The position numbers and the translations under genes were made by a program. Shown piece after piece: positions 1 to 9,113 of a stretch of DNA of 64,000 nucleotides. The notes under the pieces are model-generated. The model made no database searches. It had not been told where the DNA came from and saw only the letters and a list, made by a program, of their open reading frames with translations. Position 1 is the stretch's first letter. Each line of letters opens with the position of its first letter. Where the stretch lies: the NCBI GenBank assembly GCA_023299885.1, contig JALZUS010000002.1, positions 4,735 through 68,734 on the forward strand, written 5' to 3'. Origin of the DNA: Bdellovibrionales bacterium. Lineage in GTDB: Bacteria; Bdellovibrionota; Bdellovibrionia; Bdellovibrionales; UBA1609.

Positions 1-155
1 CCTCTTAAACCAGAAGCTTTAACCTCTGCAATAATGTCATCGGGCTTCATGCCAAAAGCTTTTTTTAAAACTTCGTAGCCACCATGTTTTTTATAACCTT
101 CTAGGCCTTGAAATTCGGGCTTATCATAATGCTCAGTGAGAAGCTTTATTTCCAT
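1..155 (-). CDS. nuoF: NADH-quinone oxidoreductase subunit F, N-terminal fragment (gene runs off the left edge)
   Basis: Absent from the ORF track because it is open at the window edge. My translation of the minus strand from the ATG at 155-153 gives [52 protein letters not shown]. This matches the typical NuoF N-terminus (GGY..L.KA....P..II..VK.SGLRGRGG). It follows nuoE in canonical nuo order and overlaps the nuoE 3' end by 23 nt. Confidence 0.8.
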   Translation of the reverse strand, partial: [51 protein letters not shown]

Positions 156-627
156 TACATAAATCCTTAATGGTCTGCACGGCAGACTCGTTTGTTAAAC
201 TTTCATAATAACGATCATTCACTTGCATCATTGGGGCTGTCCCACATGAACCCAAGCATTCTACTTGCGAAATACATACATTACCGTCTTCGCTCACTTC
301 ACCTGGTTTTACACCAAAGGCGTTGCAAATAGCCTGTGTCATTTCGCGACCACCAAACATAGAACAGCTAATATTAGTACAAACCTGTACATGAAATTTA
401 CCGGCAGGCTTTTTGTTGTACATTGTATAAAAATGAAAAACTTCATTAATCCAAGATTCAGGTAAATCCATAACTTGGCTTAGGTAAGAAATAGCGTCAT
501 CACTGACCCAACCATCATTCTCTTCTTGAACTTTATAAAGAGCCGGCAATATAGCCGATCTTTTTGTTTCATAACGTTCTAATTCTTTTTTTACGAAGGC
601 TTCGCCCTCAGCAGACAATTTAAACAT
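133..627 (-). CDS. nuoE: NADH-quinone oxidoreductase subunit E (24-kDa, [2Fe-2S])
   Basis: 164-aa ORF with the thioredoxin-like 2Fe-2S cysteine pattern of NuoE (VCTNISCSMFGG ... VECLGSCGTAPMM). It lies between nuoCD and nuoF. Confidence 0.92.
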   Translation of the reverse strand: MFKLSAEGEAFVKKELERYETKRSAILPALYKVQEENDGWVSDDAISYLSQVMDLPESWINEVFHFYTMYNKKPAGKFHVQVCTNISCSMFGGREMTQAICNAFGVKPGEVSEDGNVCISQVECLGSCGTAPMMQVNDRYYESLTNESAVQTIKDLCNGNKASH

Positions 628-628
628 A

Positions 629-2293
629 TTATCTATCCAACTCCCCAGCGATTAAATTCATACTTCCTAATACAGCAATTACGTCAGCCAATAAGCCACC
701 CGTAATTTGCTCTGAAAAAGATTGATAAATAGCAAAACATGGCGGACGCACTTTCAAACGATAAGGCTGACCACTGCCATCAGACACCAAATGAAAACCA
801 AGCTCGCCATTAGCAGCCTCTGTTGCATCATAAAGTTCACCTGCTGGTGGCCTTAGACCATTAATAATTAACATGAAGTGGTTCATTAAACCCTCAATGT
901 TTCCGTACACATCTTTTTTCTCTGGTAGCACAATATTTTTATCTCTGATTGTGTAATCTCCAGAAGGCATACTTTTACAAACCTGCCTAATAATTTTAAT
1001 AGATTGTTTCATCTCTTCGATACGCACTAAGTAGCGGTCGTAAGCATCACCGTTAGAACCCACAGGGATATCAAAATCTAAAGTTTCATAACCATAATAA
1101 GGCTTAGCTTTCCTTAAATCCAAAGGAACACCCGCGGCTCTAAGTAATGGGCCTGTGTAACCCCACTCTATGGCATCTTCAGGGCTAATTGAGCCAACAC
1201 CTTCTGTACGAGCAATCCAAATTTTATTACCTGAAAGCATACGCTCAATTTCAGAAATACCTTTAGACATATCATTACAGAATTCTAAAACATCATCGTA
1301 CCAACCGTCAGGGGCATCTTGAGCCATTCCACCTATACGAGTGAGCGAAACGGTTAAGCGGGCACCACAAAGTTTTTCAAATAATGTGTAAACTTTTTCT
1401 CTGTATGTAAACAAATGGAAGAAACCAGTTAAAGCTCCTAAGTCCACTGCGTTAGCACCAACACAAACAATATGATCAATGATTCTTGAAAGCTCGCACA
1501 AAAGAATTCTCATAGCTTTTGCTTTAGGAGGAATCTCTACGTCCAATAATCTTTCAACCGTTTTACAGTAGCCCACGTTATTAATAGGCGCTGAGCAATA
1601 GTTTAAACGATCTGTATAAGGAATTACTTGGTTGTATGGATGAGTTTCAGCCATCTTCTCAAAGCATCTGTGCAAGTAACCAAGCTCTACATGGGCACGG
1701 TTTACTTTTTCACCATCAAGTTCACACATTACACGTAAAGTTCCGTGAGTGGCTGGATGAGCTGGGCCAATGTTTATTGGAACCAAGTTTTTATTAGGGT
1801 CTGGCTTGTAGTTAGGCTCATCTTCAAAATGGATAGGCATAGCTTCTGTACAATGCTGCTGTTTGTCTGCTGGGTAATCTTTACGAAGTGGATGTCCGAC
1901 AAATTGGTGATGAGTTAAAATACGAGTCATATTGGGATGACCTTCAAATTTAACACCAATCATGTCGTAAACTTCACGCTCAAACCAGTTAGCTCCCTTC
2001 CATAAAGGAACTAACGATTTAATAGTAACTTCACCTTCAGCAACGGAAGTTTTCATTCTTAAACGCTTATAAGTTTTTGAATGAAAAAATTCATAACTCA
2101 CTTCAAAGCGCTTGGCTTTACCAGGGTAATCAGTACCCGTGATGTTCATAATAAAATCGAAGTGGCCATCATTTTTTAAAAACTCTGCAATTGGATAAAC
2201 CTCTGATGGCTCAACAACAATAACGTCATCACCAAAACTTTTAGACCAATTTAAGTTTGCAAATTTTAAATTTAAAGATTCTTTAGTACTCAT
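629..2293 (-). CDS. nuoCD: NADH-quinone oxidoreductase fused subunit C/D
   Basis: 554-aa ORF. The N-terminal part is NuoC-like ([24 protein letters not shown]). The C-terminal part is NuoD-like ([14 protein letters not shown], ends IAGELDR). There is a 1-nt gap to nuoE and a 4-nt overlap with nuoB. Confidence 0.93.
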   Translation of the reverse strand: MSTKESLNLKFANLNWSKSFGDDVIVVEPSEVYPIAEFLKNDGHFDFIMNITGTDYPGKAKRFEVSYEFFHSKTYKRLRMKTSVAEGEVTIKSLVPLWKGANWFEREVYDMIGVKFEGHPNMTRILTHHQFVGHPLRKDYPADKQQHCTEAMPIHFEDEPNYKPDPNKNLVPINIGPAHPATHGTLRVMCELDGEKVNRAHVELGYLHRCFEKMAETHPYNQVIPYTDRLNYCSAPINNVGYCKTVERLLDVEIPPKAKAMRILLCELSRIIDHIVCVGANAVDLGALTGFFHLFTYREKVYTLFEKLCGARLTVSLTRIGGMAQDAPDGWYDDVLEFCNDMSKGISEIERMLSGNKIWIARTEGVGSISPEDAIEWGYTGPLLRAAGVPLDLRKAKPYYGYETLDFDIPVGSNGDAYDRYLVRIEEMKQSIKIIRQVCKSMPSGDYTIRDKNIVLPEKKDVYGNIEGLMNHFMLIINGLRPPAGELYDATEAANGELGFHLVSDGSGQPYRLKVRPPCFAIYQSFSEQITGGLLADVIAVLGSMNLIAGELDR

Positions 2294-2850
2294 CTGTACT
2301 CTCCTGCTTTCCAGTTATCTTTCCAAGGACGAGGATGATGATCTTCAATCATTTTTTGTACCGTCATAACACCATCTAAAACAGCCTCTGGCGTTGGAGG
2401 ACAGCCAGGCACATACACGTCTGTTGGTATAATTTTATCTACACCTTGCAAAACATGATACCCTCGATAAAAACCACCTGAGCTTGCACATGCACCCATA
2501 GCAATTACATATTTTGGATCTAACATTTGCTGATAAATTTTAATAATAACAGGAGCCATTTTTTCTGTAATAGTACCCGCCACTAAAAGTAAGTCTGCTT
2601 GTCTCGGAGAAAACCTTACAACCTCTGCTCCAAATCGAGCCAAGTCATAACGTGGCCCCATGACAGACATGAGTTCGATACCGCAACAAGCGGTTCCATA
2701 TGGCATTGGCCATAAAGAGTTTTTTCGACCCCAAGCTACAATTGCATCAAGCTTGGTTGTAAAGGCAAAAGAGCGTCCATCTTCTAACAACTGTCGGTCG
2801 TTAGCAGATAAAGTATTTGCTTGTGTTGAATTTTGAGGTTCAGCAGACAT
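2290..2850 (-). CDS. nuoB: NADH-quinone oxidoreductase subunit B
   Basis: The ORF track gives 2290..2889 (199 aa). I prefer the ATG at 2850 (MSAEPQ...) for two reasons: AAGGA lies 7-8 nt upstream, and a TTGCTT-N17-TAATTT promoter-like pair (minus strand, about 2880-2908) lies inside the longer version. The Fe-S ligand motifs [13 protein letters not shown] and VPGCPP are diagnostic for NuoB. Confidence 0.9.
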   Translation of the reverse strand: MSAEPQNSTQANTLSANDRQLLEDGRSFAFTTKLDAIVAWGRKNSLWPMPYGTACCGIELMSVMGPRYDLARFGAEVVRFSPRQADLLLVAGTITEKMAPVIIKIYQQMLDPKYVIAMGACASSGGFYRGYHVLQGVDKIIPTDVYVPGCPPTPEAVLDGVMTVQKMIEDHHPRPWKDNWKAGEYR

Positions 2851-3031
2851 AGGGTTTTCCTTAGTAATATTAAGGCCTGAAATTATCATCTTGTTTTCAT
2901 TTAAGCAAAAAGTAACAAGGTCTGTTGTAGAATTTCCTGTTTAATTATTACTGACCATAATCTTCTTTAAAAGTCTGTTTTTTTGGCATTCTTATTATAA
3001 AAAATAGTGATTTTACTTAAAATCCCACTGA

Positions 3032-3067
3032 GCTCAATAAATGAGCTTTTAAGCTCATTTATTGAGC
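3032..3067. repeat. Perfect 17+17 bp inverted repeat (palindrome with a 2-bp centre)
   Basis: GCTCAATAAATGAGCTT (3032-3048), tt, AAGCTCATTTATTGAGC (3051-3067). I checked the arms base by base and they are exact reverse complements. The repeat lies in the 358-bp divergent region between nuoB and the S8 protease, and neither side has a flanking T-run. Confidence 0.9.
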
Positions 3068-3178
3068 ATTAATTGCCTTTTCTTACAATCTTAAAATCTT
3101 TGTTTTCCTTGATATAACTGGTGCTTATGTCATCGCAGAACCATAGTCTAGTTTTTAAGACCTTTATATGGTTTCAAG

Positions 3179-3207
3179 TTGGAACCAGCTAGCCCTCCAC
3201 CTAGAAT
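3179..3207 (+). promoter_or_regulatory. Sigma70-like promoter candidate for the S8 protease gene
   Basis: TTGGAA (3179-3184), a 17-nt spacer, then TAGAAT (3202-3207), about 40 nt upstream of the ATG at 3248. AAGGAGGG lies 4-10 nt before the start codon. Motif match only. Confidence 0.4.
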
Positions 3208-3247
3208 TTTATTGTTCTAAATAAATATATATTACCAAGGAGGGAAT

Positions 3248-4756
3248 ATGCCTAAATTAATTATCGCAGCTATATTAGCGATATTCACAATAAACGCTTC
3301 AGCTTCTGAGCAAACTGATTATCTTGTTCAGGTTGAACCAGAAATGAAACTTCAGTTTTATGCTGAGATCATGCAGCAAACAAACCACCAAGCTAAAATT
3401 AAAGACTTACAGTTTAATAACTGGCTACGTGTACAAGCTCCTAAAGCTGAAAACAATTCAGTAATGAGAACTTTAAGCTTAAATAGCTTTAACACAATGA
3501 GCGCTGTTACTTACGCACAAAAAAACTTTAAGTTAAGAGCTTTTGGCGTAGAAACAAAGACAAGCGATTGTCCGTTTCCGCCTGAGTGGGACTTCTTATG
3601 CGGAATCTTCGGACCAGGTGATGGCGATGATGGCGGAAAAGATGACGGCGACGAAGACAAGCCAGACGATGGCGACAAGCCTGCTCCTAAAAAAGGAGAC
3701 AACCCAGCTATTCCTGACGCACCAACTGACAAAGAAGGCGCAGACCCTTTAGCTAAAAACCAATGGGGCATGAAAGATATTGGCGCTAAAGCTGCTCAAG
3801 AATCTGTTGCTAACCTAGGTGAAGGCAAAGAGATTATCGTAGCTGTTATTGACACAGGTGTTGATTACACTCACGAAGACTTACTACCAAACCTTTGGAG
3901 AAATGAAGGCGAAATTCCAGGTAACGGAATTGATGACGACGAAAACGGCTTTATCGATGATGTTGTTGGTTGGGACTTTGTTAGTGATGACAACCTTCCG
4001 TATGACTTAAAAGGTAAAAGTATTTTTTCTGGTAACCCAGGTCACGGAACACATTGTGCTGGTAACGTTGCTGCAAAAGGGAATAACGGTATTGGTATTT
4101 CTGGTGTAGCACCAAATGCTAAAATTATGATTTTACGTTTCTTAAGTGACGAAGGCGGCGGAACAACTGCTGATGCTATCGAGTCTATTAAGTACGCTGT
4201 AGATAACGGTGCACATATTACTTCAAACTCTTGGGGTAGCGAAGGTGAAGATCCAGATGAGCCAGAAGAGAACAAAGCTTTACGTGATATGATCCAATAC
4301 TCGCAAGACAAAGGCGTTTTATTTGTTGCTGCTGCTGGTAACGGACACCAAGGCAAAGGTTACGACAATGATAACGATGATAAACCTGCATACCCTGCAA
4401 GTTATGACCATGACATTATCATGAGTGTTGCTGCTATTGATGTTAACGATAAGCTAGGAAGCTTTTCAAACTGGGGCAAAAAAGGCGTTGATATCGCTGC
4501 TCCTGGTGTAAAAGTTTACTCAACAGTTGTTGGCGATGGTTACACTGATGCAGCTATCCCAGGATTAGCTACATGGGATGGTACTTCAATGGCCGCTCCT
4601 CACGTTTCTGGTGCTGCAGCCTTATATATGTCTGCTAACCCTAATGCTGACTGGAAAGAAGTTAAGAAAGCTATTATGGATGCTGCAAAGCCTGTAAGTG
4701 CTTACAAAAACAAACTTGTTTCTGGCGGCAAATTAAACTTAGACGGTATGTTTTAA
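3248..4756 (+). CDS. Secreted subtilisin-like serine protease (peptidase S8) with N-terminal propeptide and acidic Gly/Asp linker
   Basis: 502-aa ORF with a signal peptide (MPKLIIAAILAIFTINASA). Catalytic triad motifs are VAVIDTGVDYTHEDL (Asp), HGTHCAGNVAA (His) and GTSMAAPHVSGAAAL (Ser). A low-complexity linker GPGDGDDGGKDDGDEDKPDDGDKP precedes the catalytic domain. Confidence 0.92.
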   Translation: MPKLIIAAILAIFTINASASEQTDYLVQVEPEMKLQFYAEIMQQTNHQAKIKDLQFNNWLRVQAPKAENNSVMRTLSLNSFNTMSAVTYAQKNFKLRAFGVETKTSDCPFPPEWDFLCGIFGPGDGDDGGKDDGDEDKPDDGDKPAPKKGDNPAIPDAPTDKEGADPLAKNQWGMKDIGAKAAQESVANLGEGKEIIVAVIDTGVDYTHEDLLPNLWRNEGEIPGNGIDDDENGFIDDVVGWDFVSDDNLPYDLKGKSIFSGNPGHGTHCAGNVAAKGNNGIGISGVAPNAKIMILRFLSDEGGGTTADAIESIKYAVDNGAHITSNSWGSEGEDPDEPEENKALRDMIQYSQDKGVLFVAAAGNGHQGKGYDNDNDDKPAYPASYDHDIIMSVAAIDVNDKLGSFSNWGKKGVDIAAPGVKVYSTVVGDGYTDAAIPGLATWDGTSMAAPHVSGAAALYMSANPNADWKEVKKAIMDAAKPVSAYKNKLVSGGKLNLDGMF

Positions 4757-4776
4757 TACTTACCTCTAAAATAAAT

Positions 4777-4808
4777 AAAAAAGGCTGGTTTTTAACCAGC
4801 CTTTTTTT
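4777..4808. terminator. Bidirectional rho-independent terminator
   Basis: AAAAAA, GGCTGGTT (4783-4790), loop ttt, AACCAGCC (4794-4801), TTTTTTT (4802-4808). It sits between the convergent protease gene (ends 4756) and the VOC gene (ends 4845). The A-tract and T-tract allow termination in both directions. Confidence 0.85.
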
Positions 4809-4844
4809 ATGTCTTTAAAGTGCTATGCACACACAAGGTTACTG

Positions 4845-5249
4845 CTATTCTTGCCAGTGCATGGCCTCAATTTTGTGGCCATCAAGGTCTTTAACAAAAC
4901 AACCATAATACTCAATACCGTAATGAGGTCGTGGGCCTGGCTCGCCCTCACTTACGCCACCAGCCTTAATAGCCGCAGCGTAAAACTCCTGTACCTGCTC
5001 TTTAGTTTCACATGAAAAACCAAAATGGATTCCGTTAGCTGTTTGTGCAGGTAAATCATTGCAAGGTGTCTGCACCCAAAACTCTGGAGCAGCCTTTCCG
5101 TAGGCTACGGCATTGTAATCTAGTAATTCTATAACTCTTTTAATACCTATAGCTTCAAAAACGGCATCATAAAATTGAATGGCTTCTTTAAATTTATTTG
5201 TACCAATGGAAACATGAGAAAGTATGCTTTTCTTATCTTCCGAACTCAT
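4845..5249 (-). CDS. VOC (glyoxalase/bleomycin-resistance/dioxygenase) family protein
   Basis: 134-aa ORF with the VOC-like pattern SHVSIGTNKFKEAIQFYDAV ... GIHFGFSC ... YGCFVKDLDGHKIEAM. It is the last gene before the bidirectional terminator. Confidence 0.7.
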   Translation of the reverse strand: MSSEDKKSILSHVSIGTNKFKEAIQFYDAVFEAIGIKRVIELLDYNAVAYGKAAPEFWVQTPCNDLPAQTANGIHFGFSCETKEQVQEFYAAAIKAGGVSEGEPGPRPHYGIEYYGCFVKDLDGHKIEAMHWQE

Positions 5250-5252
5250 TCG

Positions 5253-6350
5253 TTAAACTTCCATTTTTTCTATACGGGCTATTAAGCTTTCTTGGCGTTT
5301 TTTAAGATTAGCAGTCTTCTTCTCAAGAGCGGCTAGCTTTTTACCATACTCTTCAAAGCCTTCATCACCCTCTTTAACAGCGTCTTTCATAAAAACTTTA
5401 AGCTCTTTTTCAGACTCTTCAGTGCGGGTGTCAACTTCTGCTAAAATTGTTTTAATGCGTTCTTTTACTTCGGCATCATCTGCTTTATCAAAGATTTTAT
5501 CTTCTGGGTTAGCTTCGTTAGCAATGTCTGCCTTTTTAACCTGGTAGTCCCGCTGAGGGATAAATTGAGAAGCCGTTGGATGCACTCTTTGGTTCATAAA
5601 GGTTGGGGAAACAATTTCTATTCCACCTAAATGCAATTCGTCCAACATAGCTTTACGAAGCTTAGATTTAAAAGACAGTAAGTATTTAACATCTTCTAAC
5701 AAGCCAGCCACCCTATATAATACTGAGTAATCACCAAGTTCTAATACTTGTACAAAAGGGTCTTTTAGCCCGACTGACTCGCCCGCTTTAATTAAAAGCT
5801 TTTCTATTTTTGTCCTTGGTACATCAAAACCAAGTGAAACTTTGGCAGATACAATTGTCCCTGATGACCTAACAACAGTCATTGGGTTAGTTACCAGATA
5901 GAGGTTCGGTAATGTTGTTAGAGTTCTGTCTTCTGTTTGAATTTCTGTATGCAAAAAACCTTGCTCAGATATACGACCCTCATGATCGCCAGCCTTAATG
6001 AAATCACCTGGCTTAACAGCGTCAATAATTTTCATCATCATGCCGGCCATCGCATTACCTACAAAAGTTGTAGACGACAAAGCAATCACACCAGTAATTA
6101 CTAAACCAAGTACATTGATAATTTGCCCACGCATAGACTCTGAGATAGGTAGTGAAACCAAAAAGACAGCTACAACAATAAAGACACAGCAAGCAAAAAC
6201 AGCCTGCCTTAGCCATGGGGTCTCATCACCCACAGTTTTAGTTCTTTTAAAAAGAATCTTTTTTAATGAAACAAGGGCCGCAACACCAATAAGCAATGTT
6301 AATAGTGCGGGAACCCAAGAGCCAATAATACCAATAAATGATTTATCCAT
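5253..6350 (-). CDS. Small-conductance mechanosensitive channel (MscS family) with C-terminal charged coiled-coil tail
   Basis: 365-aa ORF with three N-terminal TM helices followed by the MscS beta-domain signature (VKPGDFIKAGDHEGRISEQGFLHTEIQTEDRTLTTLPNLYLVTNPM). Confidence 0.85.
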   Translation of the reverse strand: MDKSFIGIIGSWVPALLTLLIGVAALVSLKKILFKRTKTVGDETPWLRQAVFACCVFIVVAVFLVSLPISESMRGQIINVLGLVITGVIALSSTTFVGNAMAGMMMKIIDAVKPGDFIKAGDHEGRISEQGFLHTEIQTEDRTLTTLPNLYLVTNPMTVVRSSGTIVSAKVSLGFDVPRTKIEKLLIKAGESVGLKDPFVQVLELGDYSVLYRVAGLLEDVKYLLSFKSKLRKAMLDELHLGGIEIVSPTFMNQRVHPTASQFIPQRDYQVKKADIANEANPEDKIFDKADDAEVKERIKTILAEVDTRTEESEKELKVFMKDAVKEGDEGFEEYGKKLAALEKKTANLKKRQESLIARIEKMEV

Positions 6351-6402
6351 GGGCGGATAGTATAGAAACTAGCCGCAAATCAAAAGAAGCGGCGCTCGAT
6401 TG

Positions 6403-7032
6403 CTAGTTTTTTAAGCCATTATACTTAATATAAGTGTCAGAAGCCTCTTTGTTAGCAGCCTTCCACTCTTTTGTTTTTTCTAGGTATTGGTTTCTTTTCT
6501 TAAGCCAAGCTTCACGCTCAGCGGTCACATCTTTAGCTTGGTTCACTAAAGATGTATTCAAGCTAGCTAATTCACGGCCCTGGTCTTTCCATTTACCCAT
6601 TTGTGTCTCTAAGTCTTTTTCTTTTAAATTATAAGTCTTAACATTATTATTTCGTTGGTCGATATTTTTTTCTATCAAAGCAATTAACTTGTTAAGGTCT
6701 TCAATTTGCTTTCTTTCAGCTTTAATTTTTGTCTCTTCTACAGTACGCAAGTTAACCACTTGCTTTTTAAGAGTTAAAACTTCTGTTACATTCTTTTTAA
6801 GTTCCGCATTATTAGCTTTAAGCTTAACCTGAACAGACTTTAAGCCTTTAATAGCTTTTGCAGTCTCATCAACATTCTTTTTAGAGATTTCAAAATTCTT
6901 TTTATACTCGTCAAAGTTATGAGAACTATAATCAATGTTTTGCTTAAGCTTTGTTAGCTCTTGAGCTGTATCTGTTTCAGCATAAGCTGACCCTGCAAAT
7001 CCTAATAAAAACGTTAATACTAAATACTTCAT
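6403..7032 (-). CDS. Secreted coiled-coil protein, unknown function (gliding-cluster associated)
   Basis: 209-aa ORF with a signal peptide (MKYLVLTFLLGFAGSAYA). The rest is Lys/Glu-rich heptad-like sequence. An 18-nt gap separates it from the upstream gene on the same strand. Confidence 0.6.
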   Translation of the reverse strand: MKYLVLTFLLGFAGSAYAETDTAQELTKLKQNIDYSSHNFDEYKKNFEISKKNVDETAKAIKGLKSVQVKLKANNAELKKNVTEVLTLKKQVVNLRTVEETKIKAERKQIEDLNKLIALIEKNIDQRNNNVKTYNLKEKDLETQMGKWKDQGRELASLNTSLVNQAKDVTAEREAWLKKRNQYLEKTKEWKAANKEASDTYIKYNGLKN

Positions 7033-7050
7033 TTTATTCCCCTGTCTCTC

Positions 7051-9084
7051 TTATCTTTTCGGACAATTGTCTCGTAATGTTGAGCGGTAGTTTCCAATCT
7101 CATCTTGCCAAAATTCGCCTTTAAAAGACCAATCCAACTTCTTTTTAGGTTTTATGCTCGCCGGAATCCTTTGAACATTACCTACCTCACCACCAGCCAC
7201 TTGATACCTGATGTTTTCACCACTTCCAGAAAACACTTCATACCTTAAGAACTCATTGTTACTCAAAACACTCTTTACTGACTTGTTAGCCGAGCTCAAG
7301 TTATTAGCAAAGAGTTTGCCCGCATACTTCCTTAAAGAAGCTATTTCACCATTTATGCGAGCCTCAGAGCTATCAGACAATGTGTTAAAAGATGACCTTG
7401 CCGTATTATAAGTAGCTAATTTAAACTTAGAAGAAACCAACTTGTTTCTAATGTCTTTATAGTCTGCTTTTAACTTTTCTAGCTTTGGACTAAGTACAAC
7501 ATCTTTTTTAGATGTCTTAATTTTTTGAGCTAACTTTTGATAATCATTATTTATATTTTGAATATAATATACGAGCTTATTTTTATCTTTAATAATCTCC
7601 TCATCAATACCATTATATTTCTCAATCTGATCAAGCCTAGCATTAACTGCGTTCTGAGAATTTAAAAATCCTTTTGTACGGGCAGACTCTCTAATTACCT
7701 GATAAGGCAAACCATCTGTATTATTTGTACTTTTATCTGTCAGGTAATTAAAGGCAGTTTCATAATACTGCTCTGGAGTACGCTTTTCACCGAGGTAAGA
7801 TTCAATCTTAGAAGACCAAGGTCTATAGTCTGTTTCTAATTCAGTTAAAGTTGAGTAAGCATCACCATACTGACAAATATTTATATAACCAATAGTTCTA
7901 ATAGCGTAAGACTCAGGCTTAAACACTGCCTTAAAATATGGAGAATGGAGCGAGTACATATTTCCAATGGCACCCATTGTGTCACCCACCATTAACTGTG
8001 ACCAGCCCTGCTCTTCTAAGGCCTCAACCCATAAAGAATTATCTTTATCAATTTTTTGATACCTTTTAAAAGCACTCGCATGATCATTATCTTGCATAAA
8101 CATACGCGCAAGATTCAAATATATTAAACTTTTTGTATTTTCATTCGTATAACCTTTTTGACCAATTTTTTTCTCAAGGGCTTCCATTTTTGTTTTTGCA
8201 GATTTTATTTTTTTCAAACTAAAATCATTGATAGAGTCTAAGTATTCAATATTCATTATATCTTTAGAGTTTGTAGAAACCCTTTTTAAATGATCACTAG
8301 ACTCTTTGTATTTGCGTCTTTGATTTAAACCCAATGCTGTTACATAGTTAAGGCGGTCAGCTCCTTCAGCAGGCAATAAAGACTTATTTTTTAAACCTAA
8401 TAAAATATTACCAAACTTAGGGAAATACTCTGAAGTTAAATGTTTAGCTAACTCTGTTAAAGCTAGAGGCGTAAATTTTTCATGTTCACTTTGAACCACT
8501 GGAAATAAACGGTTCACACCTTCTGAGTGCCATCCCATTTTAAGGGCGCAGGCTCCTAAATAATAGTTAGCTTCTAGCTTATGTTTTTTAACCTGAGATA
8601 ATTCAGCTAAAAAACCAGAAACTATATGACAGTTTTGCTTATAAGATTTTTCTGCATCTTCATGAATTAGCAAAGAAGACAACATTTTAAGATCATGTTC
8701 ATCGTAGGCATGCATTTTTGCCGCTTCAAATTTATTAGCTTCTGTTAATGCTAAAGCTAAATCTGTTAAGTCTTTTTCTTGAGTAAGGTCAGCAATCTCT
8801 GTTTTTGGGTTACTAACTTCTACTGGCTTGTCTATTTTTTTAATAAAAGGGCTCGACATAATTTTTTTAACAACTGTTGAGTAATCTCTTACTGGAGACA
8901 CCTTATAGTTATCTTTGAAGCCATCTACTTTTATATCTTGAAAAGTAGGTATGCTATATTTATCGGTAGATACAGACGGCTCAGTATTCAACAGAATCTT
9001 TTTGTACGACTGTACAGATTCTTGAGCAAAACCAGTTGCACCCAATCCTAATATAACTACTAACGTACCGATTGATAACTTCAA
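7051..9084 (-). CDS. Secreted helical/TPR-like protein, positional candidate for a GltE/GltC-type gliding component
   Basis: 677-aa ORF with a signal peptide (MKLSIGTLVVILGLGATGFA) and TPR-like helical segments (ANYYLGACALKMGW, IYLNLARMFMQDNDHASAFKRYQKI). Assignment to a Glt family rests on position in the cluster only. Confidence 0.5.
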   Translation of the reverse strand: MKLSIGTLVVILGLGATGFAQESVQSYKKILLNTEPSVSTDKYSIPTFQDIKVDGFKDNYKVSPVRDYSTVVKKIMSSPFIKKIDKPVEVSNPKTEIADLTQEKDLTDLALALTEANKFEAAKMHAYDEHDLKMLSSLLIHEDAEKSYKQNCHIVSGFLAELSQVKKHKLEANYYLGACALKMGWHSEGVNRLFPVVQSEHEKFTPLALTELAKHLTSEYFPKFGNILLGLKNKSLLPAEGADRLNYVTALGLNQRRKYKESSDHLKRVSTNSKDIMNIEYLDSINDFSLKKIKSAKTKMEALEKKIGQKGYTNENTKSLIYLNLARMFMQDNDHASAFKRYQKIDKDNSLWVEALEEQGWSQLMVGDTMGAIGNMYSLHSPYFKAVFKPESYAIRTIGYINICQYGDAYSTLTELETDYRPWSSKIESYLGEKRTPEQYYETAFNYLTDKSTNNTDGLPYQVIRESARTKGFLNSQNAVNARLDQIEKYNGIDEEIIKDKNKLVYYIQNINNDYQKLAQKIKTSKKDVVLSPKLEKLKADYKDIRNKLVSSKFKLATYNTARSSFNTLSDSSEARINGEIASLRKYAGKLFANNLSSANKSVKSVLSNNEFLRYEVFSGSGENIRYQVAGGEVGNVQRIPASIKPKKKLDWSFKGEFWQDEIGNYRSTLRDNCPKR

Positions 9085-9113
9085 AATAATTTCCTTCCCC
9101 TACGCTTTACTTA

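Noticed and set aside
3193-3198. CCCTCC upstream of the protease gene, complementary to its Shine-Dalgarno sequence GGAGGG (3239-3244): possible anti-SD or RNA-thermometer pairing
   Set aside because: The pairing is only 6 bp with an AT-rich loop of about 40 nt. The CCCTCC also falls inside the spacer of the best promoter candidate (TTGGAA-N17-TAGAAT, 3179-3207), so it is probably not transcribed.
2890-3247. Possible hidden or decayed nuoA between nuoB and the protease gene
   Set aside because: No ORF of 60 aa or more exists on either strand and the region is AT-rich with frequent stops. I cannot exclude a pseudogene remnant without a profile search, so I report only the absence of an intact gene.
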